From: Campylobacterales bacterium
GTDB taxonomy: Bacteria > Campylobacterota > Campylobacteria > Campylobacterales > Sulfurimonadaceae
Assembly (NCBI GenBank): GCA_038205935.1
Contig: JBBRBK010000066.1
Coordinates: forward strand, 1-10,735
Length of the DNA: 10,735 nucleotides
Reading direction: 5' to 3'
Shown here one piece after another: positions 7,209-10,735 of this stretch. The notes beneath the pieces were generated by a model, which did not search any database, was not told the DNA's origin, and worked only from the letters and a program-made list of their open reading frames with translations. Position 1 is the first letter of the stretch. Each line of letters starts with the position of its first letter. Both the position numbers and the translations under genes were made by a program.

Positions 7209-10200
7209 AGAGATTTCCTTTTTTGAAATAGTTCTAAAAGTTTTTCATTGTACAAGTAGATGATAGGCGTCGTATACAAAGTCAAAAGCTGACTCAGTAA
7301 AAGACCGCCCACGATGGAAAGTCCCAAAGGTTGCCTAAATTCTGATCCATCTCCAAGACCCAAAGCCAAAGGTATAGCCGCAAAAAAAGCCGCCATAGTC
7401 GTCATCATAATAGGCCGAAATCTTTGCAGGCTTGCTTCATAGATCGCATCGTGAGAACTCAGATTTCGTGTGCGTTTTGCTTCAATGGCAAAATCGATCA
7501 TCATAATCGCATTTTTTTTGACAATCCCGATAAGTAAGATGATTCCAATAAAAGCAATAATCGTGAACTCTGTATGAAACAGCATCAACATCAACAATGC
7601 ACCAATTCCAGCTGAGGGAAGAGTTGAGAGAATAGTGAGCGGATGGATGTAACTTTCATACAAGATACCAAGAACTATATAGACAGCTATAAGAGCTGCG
7701 AGTATCAAAAGCGGCTGAGTACTGAGTGAAGACTGAAATGCTTGTGCATTCCCCGAAAAACTTCCTTGCACGGAACTCGGCATTCCGATTTTCTGTATCT
7801 CCGTATTAATACTTTGGGTCGCTTCTTGTAGTGAAATACCTAAAGGAAGATTAAAAGAGATGGTTGCCGCTGCAAACTCACCTTGATGATTTACTTGTAA
7901 AGAGGTGTTTGTCGTGATGTAATGGCTAAATGCAGCAAATGGTACTTGAACACCGTTTGGAGCACTGATATAGATACGAGAAAGTTCCTCTTGGTTTTGT
8001 GAATATTTTGGATCGACTTCGAGTACTACTGTGTACTGATTGAGCGGATTATAGATAGTCGAAACCACTCGCTGACCATACATACTATTTAAGGCATCGT
8101 CAATCATCTTCATAGTGAGTCCAAATCGTGATGCTGTGTCTCTATCGACAATGAGTTTTGTTTCTAAGCCATTTATCTCCTGATCACTGCTTACGTCTGT
8201 GAGTTCATGCATCCCAAAAAAGATTTTTCTCACCTTTGGTTCCCATTTGCGTAAAAGATCCAAGTTATCTGAACTGAGAGTGTATTCATACTGGGCATTG
8301 GATTGTCGTCCACCGATTCTTATGTCTTGTGCAGGAACTAGAAACAGCGAAGCACCGGGAATATGTGAAAGCTTTTTTTTAAGCCTTGTCACGACTTCAT
8401 CGGCAGAGTTTTTTCTCTCATCTAGCGATTTTAACGAGATAAACATCTTCGCTCCATTAGTCTGTGAACCACCTGTATAAGTGATAACATTTTCGACGGC
8501 AGGGTCTTTGGCGACAATAGCAGCGAACTGTTTTATTTTTCCTTTCATGGCTGTAAAGGAGATAGACTGATCAGCTTTGACATTTCCCATGATACGCCCA
8601 GTGTCTTGCTGTGGAAAAAAGCCTTTTGGAATGATGATATACAAATAAACATTGAGTGCTAAAGCAGCAAAAAATATGAATAATACTACTCTTGTATGTT
8701 TTAAAGCCCACTCAAGGGTAACTCTGTAAATATTTAAAAACCAATTAAAAATATTTTCACTTATATGGTAGATTTTTCCATGTGAATGCAGATTTTCTTT
8801 GCGTAGAAGAAGTGCGCTCATCATCGGTGTTGTGGTGAGAGAAAGCACTAAAGATATCATGACAGCAACAGATAAAACTACTGCAAACTCTCGAAACAAT
8901 CGCCCCACGATGCCACCCATAAGCAGTATGGGAATAAAAACGGCGATAAGAGATAAACTCATAGAAATGACCGTAAAACTCACCTCTTTACTTCCCACAA
9001 CGGCGGCTTCATGTGGCGATAAACCACTCTCTATTTTTTTGGAAACATTTTCAAGGACAACAATCGCATCATCCACCACAAAACCCGTTGCAATGGTAAG
9101 TGCCATTAATGAGAGATTATCCAGACTATAGCCAAGCAGATACATCACGCCAAAAGTTCCAAGCAATGATACAGGAACAGTGACACTCGGGATCAAAGTT
9201 GCACGCCAGTTTCTTAAAAATGCAAACACGACCAAAATGACCAATATGATAGAGATGATTAAAGAGATTTCTACTTCATGAAGAGAAGCTCGGATAGTCG
9301 GAGTTCTGTCCATCGCGACTTTAAGATTTATCTCTCTTGGAATAGAGACTGAAAGCTCAGGTAAAAGTGTTTTTACTCTATCCACGGTTGCTATGATATT
9401 GGCATTTGGCTGACGATACATCAGAAGAACGACAGAAGGTTTGCCGTTTGCTGAACCTGCGTTATGTAAATCTTGATTTGAGTTTAGGACATTAGCCACA
9501 TCCGAGAGTCGAACAGGATTTCCATTTTTATAGGAGATGATTAAAGGTGCGTAATCTTTGGCTTTTGTAGCCTGATCATTATTTTGTATCTGCCAGTTGC
9601 TATGTTCATTTTCCAAATTCCCCTTTGGACGATTTGTATTTGTTGTTGTAATGGCAGTACGAATATCTTCAAAACTGACACCATATTTGCTTAAAGCCGA
9701 TGGATTGACCTCTACACGTACAGCAGGAAGTGAGCTTCCTCCCACTTTGACTTCTCCGATCCCTTCAACTTGAGAGAGCTTTTGCGCGAGAATTGTCGAA
9801 GCCGCATCATACATCTGTGCCTGAGTGAGTGTATCTGATGTTAGAGAGATAATCATAATCGGCGCATCAGCAGGATTGACTTTTTTATATGTCGGATTAC
9901 TTTGCAATCCCGTTGGTAACATCGGCAAAGCTGCATTGATAGCTGCCTGCACATCACGCGCCGCGCCGTCTATATCTCTACCTAGATCAAATTGCAGAGT
10001 CACCCTCGTATTGCCAAGTGAGCTTGAAGATGTCATCTGTGTCACGCCGGCAATGCGTCCGAGAGTTCGTTCCAAAGGTGTGGCTATCGTTGAAGCCATT
10101 GTCTCAGGACTTGCTCCTGCGAGATTTGAGCTTACAGAGATGGTGGGAAAATCTACTTGAGGCAGAGGAGAAACAGGTAAAAGATTAAATACGATCATCC

Positions 10201-10273
10201 CAGAAATAGCGATACCAATAGTAAGAAGGGTAGTTGCTACTCGCCTTGCGATAAAAGGAGCACTGATATTCAT
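7205..10273 (-). CDS. mdtC: Multidrug efflux RND permease, MdtC/MuxC-like subunit (1022 aa)
   Basis: [42 protein letters not shown] and [16 protein letters not shown] are MdtC-type N-terminal motifs. Proton-relay motifs [27 protein letters not shown] and RFRPIMMTT are intact; [11 protein letters not shown] and LYTTP also present. ATGA overlap with the upstream RND gene. Confidence 0.9.
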   Translation of the reverse strand: MNISAPFIARRVATTLLTIGIAISGMIVFNLLPVSPLPQVDFPTISVSSNLAGASPETMASTIATPLERTLGRIAGVTQMTSSSSLGNTRVTLQFDLGRDIDGAARDVQAAINAALPMLPTGLQSNPTYKKVNPADAPIMIISLTSDTLTQAQMYDAASTILAQKLSQVEGIGEVKVGGSSLPAVRVEVNPSALSKYGVSFEDIRTAITTTNTNRPKGNLENEHSNWQIQNNDQATKAKDYAPLIISYKNGNPVRLSDVANVLNSNQDLHNAGSANGKPSVVLLMYRQPNANIIATVDRVKTLLPELSVSIPREINLKVAMDRTPTIRASLHEVEISLIISIILVILVVFAFLRNWRATLIPSVTVPVSLLGTFGVMYLLGYSLDNLSLMALTIATGFVVDDAIVVLENVSKKIESGLSPHEAAVVGSKEVSFTVISMSLSLIAVFIPILLMGGIVGRLFREFAVVLSVAVMISLVLSLTTTPMMSALLLRKENLHSHGKIYHISENIFNWFLNIYRVTLEWALKHTRVVLFIFFAALALNVYLYIIIPKGFFPQQDTGRIMGNVKADQSISFTAMKGKIKQFAAIVAKDPAVENVITYTGGSQTNGAKMFISLKSLDERKNSADEVVTRLKKKLSHIPGASLFLVPAQDIRIGGRQSNAQYEYTLSSDNLDLLRKWEPKVRKIFFGMHELTDVSSDQEINGLETKLIVDRDTASRFGLTMKMIDDALNSMYGQRVVSTIYNPLNQYTVVLEVDPKYSQNQEELSRIYISAPNGVQVPFAAFSHYITTNTSLQVNHQGEFAAATISFNLPLGISLQEATQSINTEIQKIGMPSSVQGSFSGNAQAFQSSLSTQPLLILAALIAVYIVLGILYESYIHPLTILSTLPSAGIGALLMLMLFHTEFTIIAFIGIILLIGIVKKNAIMMIDFAIEAKRTRNLSSHDAIYEASLQRFRPIMMTTMAAFFAAIPLALGLGDGSEFRQPLGLSIVGGLLLSQLLTLYTTPIIYLYNEKLLELFQKRKSL

Positions 10274-10735
10274 TCAGAAATCTCACTGTTTTTTTTAAAT
10301 CTTTTTGCTAAACGGTCAAATGCCAAGTAGATAACAGGCGTAGTAAAGAGGGTTAAAACTTGACTCATAACGAGACCTCCAACCATTACGATTCCAAGCG
10401 GATTTCTTAGTTCTGATCCTACTCCACTGCCGATCATCAAAGGGATAGCCGCGCCTAATGCCGCCAAAGAGGTCATCAAAATAGGACGAAAACGCAGTTG
10501 ACACGCCTCAAAGATGGCATCTTTTGCGGATTTTCCCTCTTTTCGTTCCGCTTCAAGTGCAAAATCGATCATCATAATGGCGTTCTTCTTTACAATACCG
10601 ATAAGTAAGACGATACCGATAATAGCAATAATACCTAGCTCTTGATGTCCCAACATCAAAATCAACAACGCACCTAAACCCGCTGAGGGAAGTGTTGAGA
10701 GGATGGTGAGCGGATGGATATAACTTTCATAAAGC
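10270..10735 (-). CDS. mdtB: Multidrug efflux RND permease, MdtB/MuxB-like subunit, C-terminal part only (5'-truncated by the window edge)
   Basis: The frame stays open to the window edge ([24 protein letters not shown]...), so the ORF-track start at 10668 is an artefact. [34 protein letters not shown] and [17 protein letters not shown] are MdtB-type, and it lies directly upstream of an mdtC-like paralogue. Confidence 0.88.
   Translation of the reverse strand, partial: LYESYIHPLTILSTLPSAGLGALLILMLGHQELGIIAIIGIVLLIGIVKKNAIMMIDFALEAERKEGKSAKDAIFEACQLRFRPILMTSLAALGAAIPLMIGSGVGSELRNPLGIVMVGGLVMSQVLTLFTTPVIYLAFDRLAKRFKKNSEISE

Noticed and set aside
6209..10504. ORFs 6209-6445, 6659-6844, 6848-7102, 8199-8480, 8799-9131, 9825-10160 (+) and 10316-10504 (-)
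   Set aside because: Nested in well-supported efflux genes with no independent coding evidence.
1..10735. CRISPR array, tRNA/rRNA, IS element, prophage, defence or toxin-antitoxin system
   Set aside because: Coding genes fill nearly the whole window (only 145-bp and 41-bp gaps). There are no regularly spaced repeats, transposase/integrase motifs or RNA-gene signatures, and MutS2 sits in its housekeeping context.

Overview
AT-rich bacterial DNA (roughly 38-40% GC by eye). Gene order and protein style point to Campylobacterota, probably a Sulfurimonas/Sulfuricurvum-like organism (inference). Left half: a tightly coupled minus-strand operon of dapC-like aminotransferase, a 163-aa TPR-like hypothetical, murC, a small membrane protein and mutS2. 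mutS2 runs off the left edge and is missing from the ORF track. Middle: back-to-back extended -10 promoters and a divergent 135-aa membrane protein gene. Right half: the distal end of a minus-strand heteromeric RND efflux operon (mdtB/muxB-like partial, mdtC/muxC-like, NodT/OprM-family outer-membrane lipoprotein). I see no transposase, CRISPR array, RNA gene or recognisable defence system, and cannot claim a new multi-gene system. The best leads are a ~59-bp degenerate palindromic/tandem element that appears to be inserted in frame in the outer-membrane channel gene, the uncharacterised TPR-like gene between dapC and murC, and unusually high synonymous-site identity between mdtB and mdtC.
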